DNA of 64,000 nucleotides from an uncultured Faecalitalea sp. (GTDB lineage Bacteria > Bacillota_I > Bacilli_A > Erysipelotrichales > Erysipelotrichaceae), in NCBI GenBank assembly GCA_946539765.1, contig CAMNHO010000001.1:54773-118772 (forward strand), read 5' to 3'. Every line of letters begins with the position of its first letter. The first letter of the stretch is position 1. The notes under the pieces were generated by a model. That model was given only the letters and a program-made list of their open reading frames with translations, made no database searches and was not told the origin of the DNA. A program made the translations under genes and the position numbers. Below are positions 53,931 through 63,952 of this stretch, piece after piece.

Positions 53931-55529
53931 ATGAGTTTACCTATATACGTGGTTGGACACAAACATCCGGACACAGATGCAATCTGCTCAGCCTTAGCGT
54001 TGGCTGCCCTGAAACAAAGACTGGGTCAGGATGTCGTAGCCGGACGGATCGGAAAGGTGAATCCAGAAACATCATTTATCCTGAAGAAAGTGGGTGTGGA
54101 ACCACCGGTATACCTTTCCAGTGCGAAATGCACATTATCCGAGATCGATATTGATCCGGCCATTGTCGTCTATCATCAGGAAACAATCCGAGTAGCATGG
54201 GAATTCTGTGTGGACCATCATGTAAAGACGCTGTATGTGGTCGATGATCTTGGAAACTATATAGGTGTAGTGACAATCGGAGAGATTTCCAGGGTTCAGA
54301 TGCAGGATCTGAATATTACCAAAGATTTATTGAAGGAGACACCATTGGATAATTTAATGGACGTTGTACATGGTGAATTTATTCATAAGGGAACATTGCC
54401 AAGAAGCGGCTATGTTCGTATCTTTGATAAAAAAGCAATGGAAAGAGATCTGGAAGGCGTGATCATGGTCCTTCGTGATCATGAAGATGAAATGATCAAA
54501 AGCATGGGTCGTGGCTGTTCGGTCATCGTGATTGCTGAAAACTATACACCGAGCGACTATATTATCCAGATGGCCAAACAAATGGGGGTAACGATGATCC
54601 GTACACCGTATAATACGATGAAGATCATCCAGATGATCTATCGTGCGATCCCGGTTGAACTGATCATGACGCCTAAAGACCAGGCTGTTTATTTCAACAG
54701 TACAGAGTATGTGGAAGACGTGGAAAAAGAAATGCTGAAAACACGGCACTCCAGTTATCCTGTTTTATCCTCCGGACGCTTAGTTGGTTCGGTTGCACGA
54801 TATAATTTATTGAAATCCGAAAAGAAACGTTTTATTTTGGTAGATCACAATGAAAAGAAACAGACCATCGATGATATTGAAGAAGGTGAGGTCGTTGAGA
54901 TCGTTGACCACCATCGCATCGGTGATATTGAAACCAGCAATCCGATCATGTTCAGAAACATGATCGTAGGAAGTACATGTACGATCGTGGAAATGATGTA
55001 TCGGGAACGAGGACTGCGCATGTCGGATGAAGTGGCACAATTAGTCGCTTATGGTGTGATCAGTGATACGATGAATTTCCATTCTCCGACGTGTACCCAG
55101 ATCGACCTGGATATGCGGGATCGTTTGGAAAAAGAGTATGGGCTTGATCTGCAGGCTATGGCAACAGATCTCTTTGAAAACACGGCAACCATCAAGGGAA
55201 AAGACTTTAAGAGCTTATTGTATAACGACACAAAGGAATATGCTCTTAACGGCAATCGTATCAATGTATCACAGGTGTTTACCTTTAACCTGAAGGATGT
55301 AGATGAGATCAAAGACGATTTCCTTGAATTCATGAAACAAGAAAACAAGAAATATAACTATGATCTGATGGTTATTGCGTTTACCAATATTGAAGGCAAC
55401 GGTTCTAAATTCCTGTATGTCGGAAAACTTGCCAAGGATGTTGATAAAGCAGTTGAAAATTTTGAAAAGAACCAGTTCGTATCCAGAAAGAAACAGATCG
55501 TTCCGGGACTGGCACAGGCATTGTCCTAA
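53931..55529 (+). CDS. CBS-domain-containing family II (DHH/DHHA2) inorganic pyrophosphatase
   Basis: 532 aa. It has the N-terminal VVGHKHPDTDAICSA DHH motif, an internal CBS/DRTGG insertion, a DHH motif VDHHRIG and a DHHA2 C-terminus. Confidence 0.8.
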   Translation: MSLPIYVVGHKHPDTDAICSALALAALKQRLGQDVVAGRIGKVNPETSFILKKVGVEPPVYLSSAKCTLSEIDIDPAIVVYHQETIRVAWEFCVDHHVKTLYVVDDLGNYIGVVTIGEISRVQMQDLNITKDLLKETPLDNLMDVVHGEFIHKGTLPRSGYVRIFDKKAMERDLEGVIMVLRDHEDEMIKSMGRGCSVIVIAENYTPSDYIIQMAKQMGVTMIRTPYNTMKIIQMIYRAIPVELIMTPKDQAVYFNSTEYVEDVEKEMLKTRHSSYPVLSSGRLVGSVARYNLLKSEKKRFILVDHNEKKQTIDDIEEGEVVEIVDHHRIGDIETSNPIMFRNMIVGSTCTIVEMMYRERGLRMSDEVAQLVAYGVISDTMNFHSPTCTQIDLDMRDRLEKEYGLDLQAMATDLFENTATIKGKDFKSLLYNDTKEYALNGNRINVSQVFTFNLKDVDEIKDDFLEFMKQENKKYNYDLMVIAFTNIEGNGSKFLYVGKLAKDVDKAVENFEKNQFVSRKKQIVPGLAQALS

Positions 55530-56719
55530 TGAGTGTTGAACAAAAACTGCTCCATTTTGTTTCGATCGATACACAGTCCGATGAAAGCTCACAGACAATA
55601 CCGAGTACCATGAAACAGAAGGATCTGGCCAAGGTATTGGAGAAGATATGTATCGAGATTGGTTTTGATGAGGTGTTTGTTTCAAACAGTGGAATAGTCT
55701 ATGCGACGCTGTATGGACAAAACGACCTTCCATCCGTCGGCTTTTGTGCACATATGGATACTGCTACGGAGCTGACAGGGGCTAATGTACGGCCACGTCG
55801 GATAAAGGAATACGATGGCAAAACGATTCGCTTAAATGATCAGTACAGCATGTCACCGGAAGATTTTCCGGTTCTGAAAACCGTAATCGGTCACGATCTG
55901 ATCGTAACGGATGGAAATACATTATTAGGCGGGGATGATAAGGCAGGCATTGCGATCATTCTGCAGGCAGTGCAGGAAGTGATCCGTGAAGGGCTTCCTC
56001 ATGGAAATGTCGTTGTGGTCTTTACTGTAGATGAGGAGATTGGCCGGGGCACAGATCATTTTGAACTGGACCGGTTTCAAGTGGACCATGCATATACGGT
56101 AGATGGAAGCAGGATTGATAATGTGGAATACGAAAATTTCAATGCTGCCAAAGCTGTCATCACCTTTACCGGGACTAGTATCCACCCGGGCGAAGGGAAA
56201 GGAAAACTGATCAATGCATCTTTAGCGGCGATGGATTATGCAAAAAGAGTGCCGAATGAAACCCCTTATAATACCGAAGGCCGCCAAGGATTTTATCATC
56301 TGGTGGAAATGAAAGGGTCGGTTGAGCAAGCCACATTGGTTTATTTGATCCGCGACCATCGTATGGATCGTTTTGAAAATCGCAAACAGATACTATCGGA
56401 GATCGTTGGACGTATGGATCCGATTTATCGAAATACCGTTTCCATTCAAATACAGGATCAGTATTATAACATGGATCGGTTTTTTGAAGGGGATCCCGCC
56501 ACGGTTGAAAGAGCCAAGGCTGCGATCCGCGCTGTTGGATACAAACCGGTTTCCATTCCAGTACGCGGAGGGACAGACGGTGCGATGCTCAGTGCCAAGG
56601 GGTGTTTTTGTCCGAATCTGGGCACCGGTACCTACCATCACCATGGACGTTATGAATTTGCGTCGATCCGGCAAATGGAACAAATGGTGCAGATCTTAAA
56701 ACATATCATGATCATATAG
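55529..56719 (+). CDS. pepT: Peptidase T (M20B tripeptide aminopeptidase)
   Basis: 396 aa. Contains FVSIDTQSDE, HMDTA and GGDDKAGIA motifs. Confidence 0.85.
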   Translation: MSVEQKLLHFVSIDTQSDESSQTIPSTMKQKDLAKVLEKICIEIGFDEVFVSNSGIVYATLYGQNDLPSVGFCAHMDTATELTGANVRPRRIKEYDGKTIRLNDQYSMSPEDFPVLKTVIGHDLIVTDGNTLLGGDDKAGIAIILQAVQEVIREGLPHGNVVVVFTVDEEIGRGTDHFELDRFQVDHAYTVDGSRIDNVEYENFNAAKAVITFTGTSIHPGEGKGKLINASLAAMDYAKRVPNETPYNTEGRQGFYHLVEMKGSVEQATLVYLIRDHRMDRFENRKQILSEIVGRMDPIYRNTVSIQIQDQYYNMDRFFEGDPATVERAKAAIRAVGYKPVSIPVRGGTDGAMLSAKGCFCPNLGTGTYHHHGRYEFASIRQMEQMVQILKHIMII

Positions 56720-56729
56720 AGGAGGAATT

Positions 56730-57620
56730 ATGAAAAGAGTTTTTCAGCTTTTACTTAGCCTTGCGATGACATTGACAATGCTGAGCCCAACCGTATTTGC
56801 CAAGGACAATAGTTTAAAGGTCCGGCAATACAAGCGGGAACAGGATGCCTTGTACACGACACTGACATTTCTGTATGTCGATGATACCATCTGGATGCAA
56901 ATGGCAGAAAACATCATATATTATGATGATCTGGATGTGTCATCGAAAGAGGAGGCACAGGAATTTTTGCAGGATGCACTGGGAGATACCATAGATGAGT
57001 ACAATGCCCAGGAAGGCGTATATTACTATCTGAACTATGAGGCAGATTGCGTCGTGGAAAACATCTCTGTAGATTATACAAAGGCGGATCTGAAGAAACT
57101 GGAGCTTGTGGAAGGTTTCGAGGACACGACGGAAAAGATCTATGTCAGTATGGAAAAAACCGGAAAGTCCTTGGAAAAAGAGAACTATAAGCTGGATGGG
57201 GAATACGATGGAAGGATCTTCATCAACGATGGAAAAGATGTGGAATCCGTATTAGCGTTCTATTGTGACGGAGACCGCGTTGCCGTGCAGACAGCAGAAA
57301 ATACCATGTATTATGACGATCTAAATGTATCCGATGCCCAGCAGGCTCAGAATCAATTTGGACCAACCTTTGATGAATATGCTGCCCAATACGAAGGTGT
57401 CAAGGGGGTTCACTATACCATTGTTTACCAGGACGACAGTTTAGTAGAGGAAATCTCTGTCGATTACAACCAGGTGGACATGGATGATGTAAAGAATATT
57501 GAAGGATTTAATTTTAACGGTTCACAGGATGCCGACTATATCAGTATGAAAAAGACATTAGAGACATTAGAATCCAGTGGTTACAGAGAGGTTCCGGATT
57601 TCTCTTTTGTACTAGAGTAA
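56730..57620 (+). CDS. Secreted protein with two DUF1307(YehR)-like domains (array member 1)
   Basis: 296 aa with a signal peptide ending VFAKD. The module is internally duplicated: (S)TL.F.Y/CDGD.V..Q.AEN..YYDDL.VS...EAQ...YA/NAQ.EGV.G..Y...Y.D....E.ISVDY...D....IEGF. Confidence 0.6.
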   Translation: MKRVFQLLLSLAMTLTMLSPTVFAKDNSLKVRQYKREQDALYTTLTFLYVDDTIWMQMAENIIYYDDLDVSSKEEAQEFLQDALGDTIDEYNAQEGVYYYLNYEADCVVENISVDYTKADLKKLELVEGFEDTTEKIYVSMEKTGKSLEKENYKLDGEYDGRIFINDGKDVESVLAFYCDGDRVAVQTAENTMYYDDLNVSDAQQAQNQFGPTFDEYAAQYEGVKGVHYTIVYQDDSLVEEISVDYNQVDMDDVKNIEGFNFNGSQDADYISMKKTLETLESSGYREVPDFSFVLE

Positions 57621-57633
57621 ATAGGGAGTGCAA

Positions 57634-58515
57634 ATGAAAAGAGTTTTAAAGACGATCATCAGCCTGTTCATGGCTGTAATGATGATCAACCCGGCAGTAT
57701 ATGCCAAAGATGATGTAAAGATGCGTTCATATACCAAAGAATCAGATAATGTGTATTCAACATTGGTTTTTATCTATGTTGGCGATGAAGTATGGATGCA
57801 GACAGCTGAAAATGTATTATATTATGATGATTTCGATCTTTCCGGACCGGAGGATGCCAAAGAGCAGATCGGCAGCCAGCTGGAAAGTACGCAGGCACAG
57901 TACGATGCGATCGACGGAACTACGTATGAATTGATTTATGAAGATGATTACATGATGGAGCGTATTGCGGTCTATTATGATGAAGTAGATCTGAAGGATA
58001 TGCAGGGAGTCGATGGCTTTGATTCCGATGGTAACGTTGATGCGGATTTTGTCAGTATGGATAAAACCGATCAGATGCTGCAGGATGAAGGTTATGAAAA
58101 GGGTGAAGAATACACTGTACGTATCTTTACCAGCCATGAAAATCATGTAGATTCTACATTGATGTTCTTCTGCGATGGAGACCGTGTGGTAATGCAGACA
58201 ACGGAAAATGTGATCATGTATGATGATATCGATGGTGTCAGCAATGCCCAGGAAGCTGAAGATGTCATTGGTCCGCAGATGGAAGATTATGCAGCACAAT
58301 ATGATGGCGTGGACGGAGTAGTCTATGCACTGACTTATGAAGAAGACCGTGTTCTTGAAAGCATTGAAGTGAATTATGATGAGATCGATATGGAAGATGT
58401 ACAGAATATCGAAGGCTTCAATTATGAGGGCAGCAAGGATGCTACTTATATCAGCATGAAAAAGACCTTATCAACGTTGAAAAGTCAGGGATATAAAGAA
58501 TTTACGGATTTCTAA
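57634..58515 (+). CDS. Secreted protein with two DUF1307(YehR)-like domains (array member 2)
   Basis: Start moved to the ATG at 57634, after GGGAG. It has the same two-module architecture and a signal peptide ending VYAKDD. Confidence 0.6.
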   Translation: MKRVLKTIISLFMAVMMINPAVYAKDDVKMRSYTKESDNVYSTLVFIYVGDEVWMQTAENVLYYDDFDLSGPEDAKEQIGSQLESTQAQYDAIDGTTYELIYEDDYMMERIAVYYDEVDLKDMQGVDGFDSDGNVDADFVSMDKTDQMLQDEGYEKGEEYTVRIFTSHENHVDSTLMFFCDGDRVVMQTTENVIMYDDIDGVSNAQEAEDVIGPQMEDYAAQYDGVDGVVYALTYEEDRVLESIEVNYDEIDMEDVQNIEGFNYEGSKDATYISMKKTLSTLKSQGYKEFTDF

Positions 58516-58560
58516 TCAACCTATGATATACTATAAGTAATCATATAGGAGGTTTGAACT

Positions 58561-59034
58561 ATGAAAAGATTTATTCGCTTGCTGGCAGGATTATTTCTGG
58601 CATTGGCAATGGTAGCTTGTGGTGGAAAAGCAGAAACAACGACAAGAACTTTTACGCAGACTACTAATAATGTTGAATCGACATTGGTGTTCACATGTGA
58701 TGGGGATAAAGTTGTTAAGCAGACTGCTAAAAATGTCATGAAATACGATGATTTTGGTCTAACAGACAAAGATGAAGCAAAGGAATTGATCGAACCACAA
58801 TTAGAAGATTATGCGAAACAATACGAAGGTATTGATGGCGTTACATATGAACTGGATTTCCAGGATGACCGCGTGGTTGAAAACATTTCTGTTGACTATA
58901 CCGTTGCCAGTCTAAGTGATCTGAAAGACATTCAAGGCTTTACAATGGATGACAACGACGGCAAAGCAAACTTTGTGAGCATGGAGAAAACATTGGAAAC
59001 TCTGGAAGCACAAGGTTACGAAGAGGTAAAATAA
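58561..59034 (+). CDS. DUF1307(YehR)-like lipoprotein, single domain (array member 3)
   Basis: 157 aa with a lipobox (LAMVACGG). It carries one copy of the module shared with the two preceding ORFs. Confidence 0.65.
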   Translation: MKRFIRLLAGLFLALAMVACGGKAETTTRTFTQTTNNVESTLVFTCDGDKVVKQTAKNVMKYDDFGLTDKDEAKELIEPQLEDYAKQYEGIDGVTYELDFQDDRVVENISVDYTVASLSDLKDIQGFTMDDNDGKANFVSMEKTLETLEAQGYEEVK

Positions 59035-59044
59035 ACACAAAGAC

Positions 59045-59075
59045 AAAGAAGGATCGTCTGATCCTTCTTTTTTTA
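59045..59075. terminator. Bidirectional rho-independent terminator
   Basis: The stem aaagaaggatc / gatccttcttt has a 4-nt loop and a T-run. It lies between convergent genes. Confidence 0.6.
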
Positions 59076-59891
59076 TTGGAGATGGAGAACGTCTCTGGCA
59101 TACGCAACGCTTTGGGCTACGCAGTCCTGTTCGTATTGGATCGTTTGTTCGTGTGTTTCCTTGCGGTCGATATAAAGCTCCAGGAAGGCGTGGCCGTTAA
59201 AGCCGGCTTGATCCAGGATCTCCTTGACTTTGTTGAAGTTGACCATTCCTTGTCCTAATGGAACCCCATAGATGATATCTCCTGAGGGATCGAGCTTGAC
59301 GATATAATCCTTGATATGTACTTGTTTGGCATAAGGAGCCAAGGTAGAAACGACTTCTTCGGTCGGTGTAATAAAGCAGGTGGAATTGCACGTATCGATC
59401 ACAGCTCCGAAATGCGGGTCGTTGACTCCTTCGATGATTGCCTTGACTTCCTGGATCGTGATGACCTTGGTATTTTCAATACCAATCTCTACACCATATG
59501 CATTTGCAATCTGCATCAGCTTTTTCATCGTCTCTATACCATTTTGAACTTGTTTGTCAAGATTGGTTGTACGGTCCATATCCCAGCCGACCCGTAATAT
59601 TTTGGCACCAAGCAGATGACAGATCTCCAGCATTCTTTTAAAATATTCTTGATCGACGCCACGGGCTCCGACCTCAACGTCTATTTTTTCTTTGTCCAGA
59701 TGTTCTTTGATTTCCAGTATCTGTGCATCGCTTAATGTGTGAAGCTCGATATTGTTGCATAAAAGTACAGCATGCAGCTTAAACCGAACGCACTGGTCGA
59801 TCAATGCATGCACATCCATCGGATCCTTTGGTCGATAATAAGGGCGTCCTATGGCCCATCGATAAGCAAAAGATCCCATTCCCAGTTTCAT
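59073..59891 (-). CDS. Sugar phosphate isomerase/epimerase (xylose isomerase-like TIM barrel)
   Basis: 272 aa with an AP_endonuc_2-like pattern (LGAKILRV..., IENT..., HIKD...). Confidence 0.7.
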   Translation of the reverse strand: MKLGMGSFAYRWAIGRPYYRPKDPMDVHALIDQCVRFKLHAVLLCNNIELHTLSDAQILEIKEHLDKEKIDVEVGARGVDQEYFKRMLEICHLLGAKILRVGWDMDRTTNLDKQVQNGIETMKKLMQIANAYGVEIGIENTKVITIQEVKAIIEGVNDPHFGAVIDTCNSTCFITPTEEVVSTLAPYAKQVHIKDYIVKLDPSGDIIYGVPLGQGMVNFNKVKEILDQAGFNGHAFLELYIDRKETHEQTIQYEQDCVAQSVAYARDVLHLQ

Positions 59892-60040
59892 TATGATTCC
59901 TCTTTTCTTTTTTCATTATATTAAAAAGGATGAGAATTTAACATATGAAAAATGAGTATTTGTATATCCTATTAAATTGATTCCACTATTTCTTTTTTTT
60001 ATGGAATACTGTAAAATAACAAGTTGAAGTAGGTGAGAAT

Positions 60041-61204
60041 ATGGATTATATGAAAGAAGCAATCCGTTGTCATAAAGAATGGAACGGAAAACTGGAAACA
60101 GTTCCGAAGATGAAAATTGAAACAAAAGACGATTTGTCTGTTGCGTACACACCGGGTGTTGCGGCCCCTTGTTTGGAAATTGCCAAGGATCCAGCATTGA
60201 GCTACACATACACCGGAAGATCCAATACTGTGGCGGTCATCAGTGATGGTTCGGCTGTCCTGGGTTTGGGAAATATCGGAGGACTGGCCGGCATGCCGGT
60301 CATGGAAGGAAAGTGTGTTCTATTTAAAGCCTTATCTGGGCTGAACGCCATCCCTTTATGTCTGAATACACAGGACACGGATGAAATCGTTAAAATCGTA
60401 CAGGCGCTGGAGCCTAGCTTTGGCGGTATCAATCTGGAGGATATCGCAGCGCCTCGCTGTTTTGAAGTAGAAGCAAGATTAAAAGAAACGATGCAGATCC
60501 CGGTATTCCATGATGATCAGCATGGAACGGCGATTGTTGTATGTGCAGCCTTGGTCAATGCGCTGAAGATCGTGAAAAAAGATGATCCAACGATTGTGAT
60601 CAATGGCGCCGGTTCCGCCGGTTGCGCTATTGCCAAGCTGATCCTGGATATGGGATTGGGACAGGTGATCCTGTTAAACAGCAAAGGCATCCTGCACGAG
60701 GGAATGAAATTATCTTCTATGCAGAAACAACTGATGCCGCGCATCAATCCAAACCACATTCAGGGGGGCTTGAAAGAAGCTATTGCTGATGCCGATGTAT
60801 TTATCGGTGTCAGTGTCGGACACATTCTGACCAAGGAAATGGTACAGACGATGCATGAGGATGCCATCGTATTGGCTATGGCTAATCCGATCCCGGAGAT
60901 TGAACCGGAGCAGGCTCTGGCCGGCGGGGCTCGTATTGTCGGCACCGGACGGAGCGATCATCCGAACCAGATCAACAATCTTCTGGCATTCCCCGGCATT
61001 TTTAAAGGTGCCATGGATGTCAGGGCCCGTTGTATCAACGAACCGATGAAACAGGCGGCTGTCATGGCAATCGCTTCCTTGGTCAAGGAAGAACAGCTCA
61101 ATGAGCAGCACATTATTGCCTCAGCATTGGATGCCGGAGTGGCAGATGTTGTGGCGAAAGCAGTAGGAAAGGCTGCAATCGATTCAGGCGTCTGCGGTGA
61201 GTAA
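60041..61204 (+). CDS. NAD(P)-dependent malic enzyme (short form)
   Basis: 387 aa. Contains LSVAYTPGVA, FGGINLEDI, VFHDDQHGTA and GAGSAG motifs. Confidence 0.9.
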   Translation: MDYMKEAIRCHKEWNGKLETVPKMKIETKDDLSVAYTPGVAAPCLEIAKDPALSYTYTGRSNTVAVISDGSAVLGLGNIGGLAGMPVMEGKCVLFKALSGLNAIPLCLNTQDTDEIVKIVQALEPSFGGINLEDIAAPRCFEVEARLKETMQIPVFHDDQHGTAIVVCAALVNALKIVKKDDPTIVINGAGSAGCAIAKLILDMGLGQVILLNSKGILHEGMKLSSMQKQLMPRINPNHIQGGLKEAIADADVFIGVSVGHILTKEMVQTMHEDAIVLAMANPIPEIEPEQALAGGARIVGTGRSDHPNQINNLLAFPGIFKGAMDVRARCINEPMKQAAVMAIASLVKEEQLNEQHIIASALDAGVADVVAKAVGKAAIDSGVCGE

Positions 61205-61206
61205 CT

Positions 61207-62058
61207 ATGGAAAAGGTAGGATTGGTCGTTGAAGGCGGTGGAACCAAAGCCGCCTATTCAGCCGGTGCATTAAAGTGTTTTCTGGAACATAAGATTTATA
61301 CGCCCTACGCTGTCGGTATATCCGCCGGCAGTGAGCTGTTGACATCGTATGTAGCCAGACAGACACATCGTATGGAAATCACCGGTATTGATGCGCCTTG
61401 TCAGAAAGGCGTTGTCGGATTACGGCCCTTGATCAAGGAGCGCAGTGCTTTTGGGATCGAGGCAACCTATCAGTTTATTGAATCGCAGGCTCCTTTAGAT
61501 CTGGAGGCTCTGCATTCTAGTTCCACCAAAATGGAAATAGGTCTGTATGATGTGAAAACACATGAGGTTCGTTATTATGACCAGTCATATGTGGATAAAG
61601 AACAGACATTGGTGCGGGCAAGCTGTGCTTTGCTGATCCTTTGTCCGACCTATCAGTTTTTAGGTAGAGAAGTGATGGATGCGGGCCTGATCGATATGAT
61701 CAGCATCTGCCAGAGCATTTACCATGGAAATGAAAAACATATCATACTGTCGACCAAGGAAGAAGGTTATGTGCGCAAACCGGCTCCGAGCTATCAGTTG
61801 TGGCTGGCTAAGCATATGTATCATGATGATCATATTGTAGAAGATCTCAGAAAACGTCATGAACGGTATAATGAGCAATGGGCCGTCATCGAAGAACTGA
61901 AACAGGAGGGCAAAGCTCTCGTTCTGCGGCCGAGCAAGGATCTTGGAGTAACCCGCTATACAACGGATCCGGCTAAATTGCGACCATGGTTCCAGTTAGG
62001 TTATGATGAAACGGAAGCCCGTATAGACGAAATCAAAGCGTTTTGCGGGATAGAATAA
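61207..62058 (+). CDS. Patatin-like phospholipase family protein
   Basis: 283 aa. Contains the GLVVEGGGTKAAY oxyanion motif and the GISAGS nucleophile elbow. Confidence 0.75.
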   Translation: MEKVGLVVEGGGTKAAYSAGALKCFLEHKIYTPYAVGISAGSELLTSYVARQTHRMEITGIDAPCQKGVVGLRPLIKERSAFGIEATYQFIESQAPLDLEALHSSSTKMEIGLYDVKTHEVRYYDQSYVDKEQTLVRASCALLILCPTYQFLGREVMDAGLIDMISICQSIYHGNEKHIILSTKEEGYVRKPAPSYQLWLAKHMYHDDHIVEDLRKRHERYNEQWAVIEELKQEGKALVLRPSKDLGVTRYTTDPAKLRPWFQLGYDETEARIDEIKAFCGIE

Positions 62059-62092
62059 AGAATCCTTTAGGAGAATATGGTACAATAATTCT

Positions 62093-62836
62093 ATGAAAAA
62101 ATTTTTATACAGATTCATATTGTTGATTTGTATCGGCGTATTTGGATTCAGCGCTTATCAGCTGTATACAATTTATGCTGAAAAACATCAGGTAGAAAAA
62201 GAAAACAACACATATACGGAAATGGCAACATCGAAAAAAGAGGATCATAAAGAACTGGATCCGGACTGGGAAGCCTTACGTGCGGAAAACGGCGAGATTA
62301 TCGGCTGGATCTATGTACCGGACTGTGGGGATATTTCCTTTCCGGTCGTTCAAACGACGGATAACTCATATTATCTGAATCATACGGTCAGTCGTGCCGA
62401 TAATATCCGGGGTGCTATATTCCTGGATTATGCAGCCGATCCGTATTTCACGGACGATAATTCCATTATTTATGGACATTCGGTTGACGAAGGTGGAATG
62501 TTCACCGATCTGAAAAAGTTTGCGGATGAATCGTATTTTGATTCTCATCCGAATTTCTACTTGTTGACGCCGTCCGGTAACTATATCTGTCACGTATTTG
62601 TCTTTTCCAAGACGACGGATTCGTCCGTATACTATACAACCAATTTCGGGGATTATCCGGAAGAAGTGATTGAAAATATGCGTGCTCAGGCTACATATTA
62701 CAATGATGTGGATACCAGTCTGCCGATGGTGACATTATCCACTTGTAATCTGGACTATGGTTTTAACAGCGATCAGCGTTATGTTCTGGTCGGCGTTTTA
62801 GAACCAACGGATGAGCCGATTATGTTAGAAGATTAA
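62093..62836 (+). CDS. srtB: Class B sortase
   Basis: 247 aa. It has an N-terminal TM anchor, NGEIIGWIYVPDC.ISFPVVQ, IIYGHS and TLSTC catalytic motifs. Confidence 0.8.
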   Translation: MKKFLYRFILLICIGVFGFSAYQLYTIYAEKHQVEKENNTYTEMATSKKEDHKELDPDWEALRAENGEIIGWIYVPDCGDISFPVVQTTDNSYYLNHTVSRADNIRGAIFLDYAADPYFTDDNSIIYGHSVDEGGMFTDLKKFADESYFDSHPNFYLLTPSGNYICHVFVFSKTTDSSVYYTTNFGDYPEEVIENMRAQATYYNDVDTSLPMVTLSTCNLDYGFNSDQRYVLVGVLEPTDEPIMLED

Positions 62837-62865
62837 CTGGAGATAGTTTTGATAAGGTTTTTATT

Positions 62866-63939
62866 ATGAGAATTTGTATTGTAACAGGCGGAACAGGGGG
62901 TCATATTTATCCGGCACTTGCGTTGGCGGATTCTTTTCGACGCCTTTATCCGAAATGTAAAATATTGTTTATAGGAAATGATGACCGTATGGAGGCTAGC
63001 GTCATACCGGCTGCCGGTTACGACTTCAGATCCCTGCATACATCCGGTCTGGTGGGAAATATCATCCAAAAAGGCCGGGCTGTTGCACAGCTGGTGAAAG
63101 CACGCGGCATTGCCAAGGGATATCTGCGTGATTTTGCCCCGGATATCGTGATTGGTTTTGGTGGCTATGTCAGTGCCCCGGTTATGATGGCAGCAGCAGC
63201 TTTGAAGATCCCGACTATGATCCATGAACAGAATTCCATTGTCGGTAAATCCAATCAGCTGGTTATGAATAAAGTGGATGCCATCGTTACGTGCTATGAA
63301 AAATGTGAAGAGGTGTTTCCGAAAGAGAAGGTACACCTGTTGGGAAATCCGCGGGCTACTACCGCAAAAGAGTCGGTTTTCGATCCGGATTATTTTGCAT
63401 CTTTAGGATTGGAACCGGGGAAGAAGACGATCTTGATCATGATGGGCTCATTGGGCTCAAGCAGTGTCAATGAGCTGATGACCAATGCGCTAAAGAATCT
63501 GGATCCATCTTTACAGTTTATTTACGCTTGCGGAAAAGACAACAGTGAGAATCTGCACTTGTTTGATGACCAGCCGGCTGTACATGTCGTGGATTTTGTC
63601 GATTCGTTAAAAGTATACAAGGGCATTGACGGATTGATTTGTCGGGCCGGGGCAACGACCATTGCGGAATTGACCAGTCTTGGGATTCCGGCCATCTTGA
63701 TCCCATCACCTTATGTGGCAAACAACCATCAGTTTTACAATGCCAGCGTCCTTGTGGATGCCGGAGCTGCCTCTATGATCGAGGAAAAAGATTTAAATGA
63801 AAAGACCTTGCATGATGCGATAGAAAATCTGTTTCTGGATCCGGAGCAATGGGAGAAAACGGCGCAGAATGCCCGTAAGCTCGGCAAGCCGGCGGCAGCC
63901 TATGATATTATACGATTATGTGAATCACTAATAAAATAG
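62866..63939 (+). CDS. murG: UDP-N-acetylglucosamine--N-acetylmuramyl-(pentapeptide) pyrophosphoryl-undecaprenol GlcNAc transferase
   Basis: 357 aa. Contains TGGTGGHIYPALA, the GGYVS motif and AGATTIAEL. Confidence 0.9.
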   Translation: MRICIVTGGTGGHIYPALALADSFRRLYPKCKILFIGNDDRMEASVIPAAGYDFRSLHTSGLVGNIIQKGRAVAQLVKARGIAKGYLRDFAPDIVIGFGGYVSAPVMMAAAALKIPTMIHEQNSIVGKSNQLVMNKVDAIVTCYEKCEEVFPKEKVHLLGNPRATTAKESVFDPDYFASLGLEPGKKTILIMMGSLGSSSVNELMTNALKNLDPSLQFIYACGKDNSENLHLFDDQPAVHVVDFVDSLKVYKGIDGLICRAGATTIAELTSLGIPAILIPSPYVANNHQFYNASVLVDAGAASMIEEKDLNEKTLHDAIENLFLDPEQWEKTAQNARKLGKPAAAYDIIRLCESLIK

Positions 63940-63952
63940 TAGGAGTGAGAAT

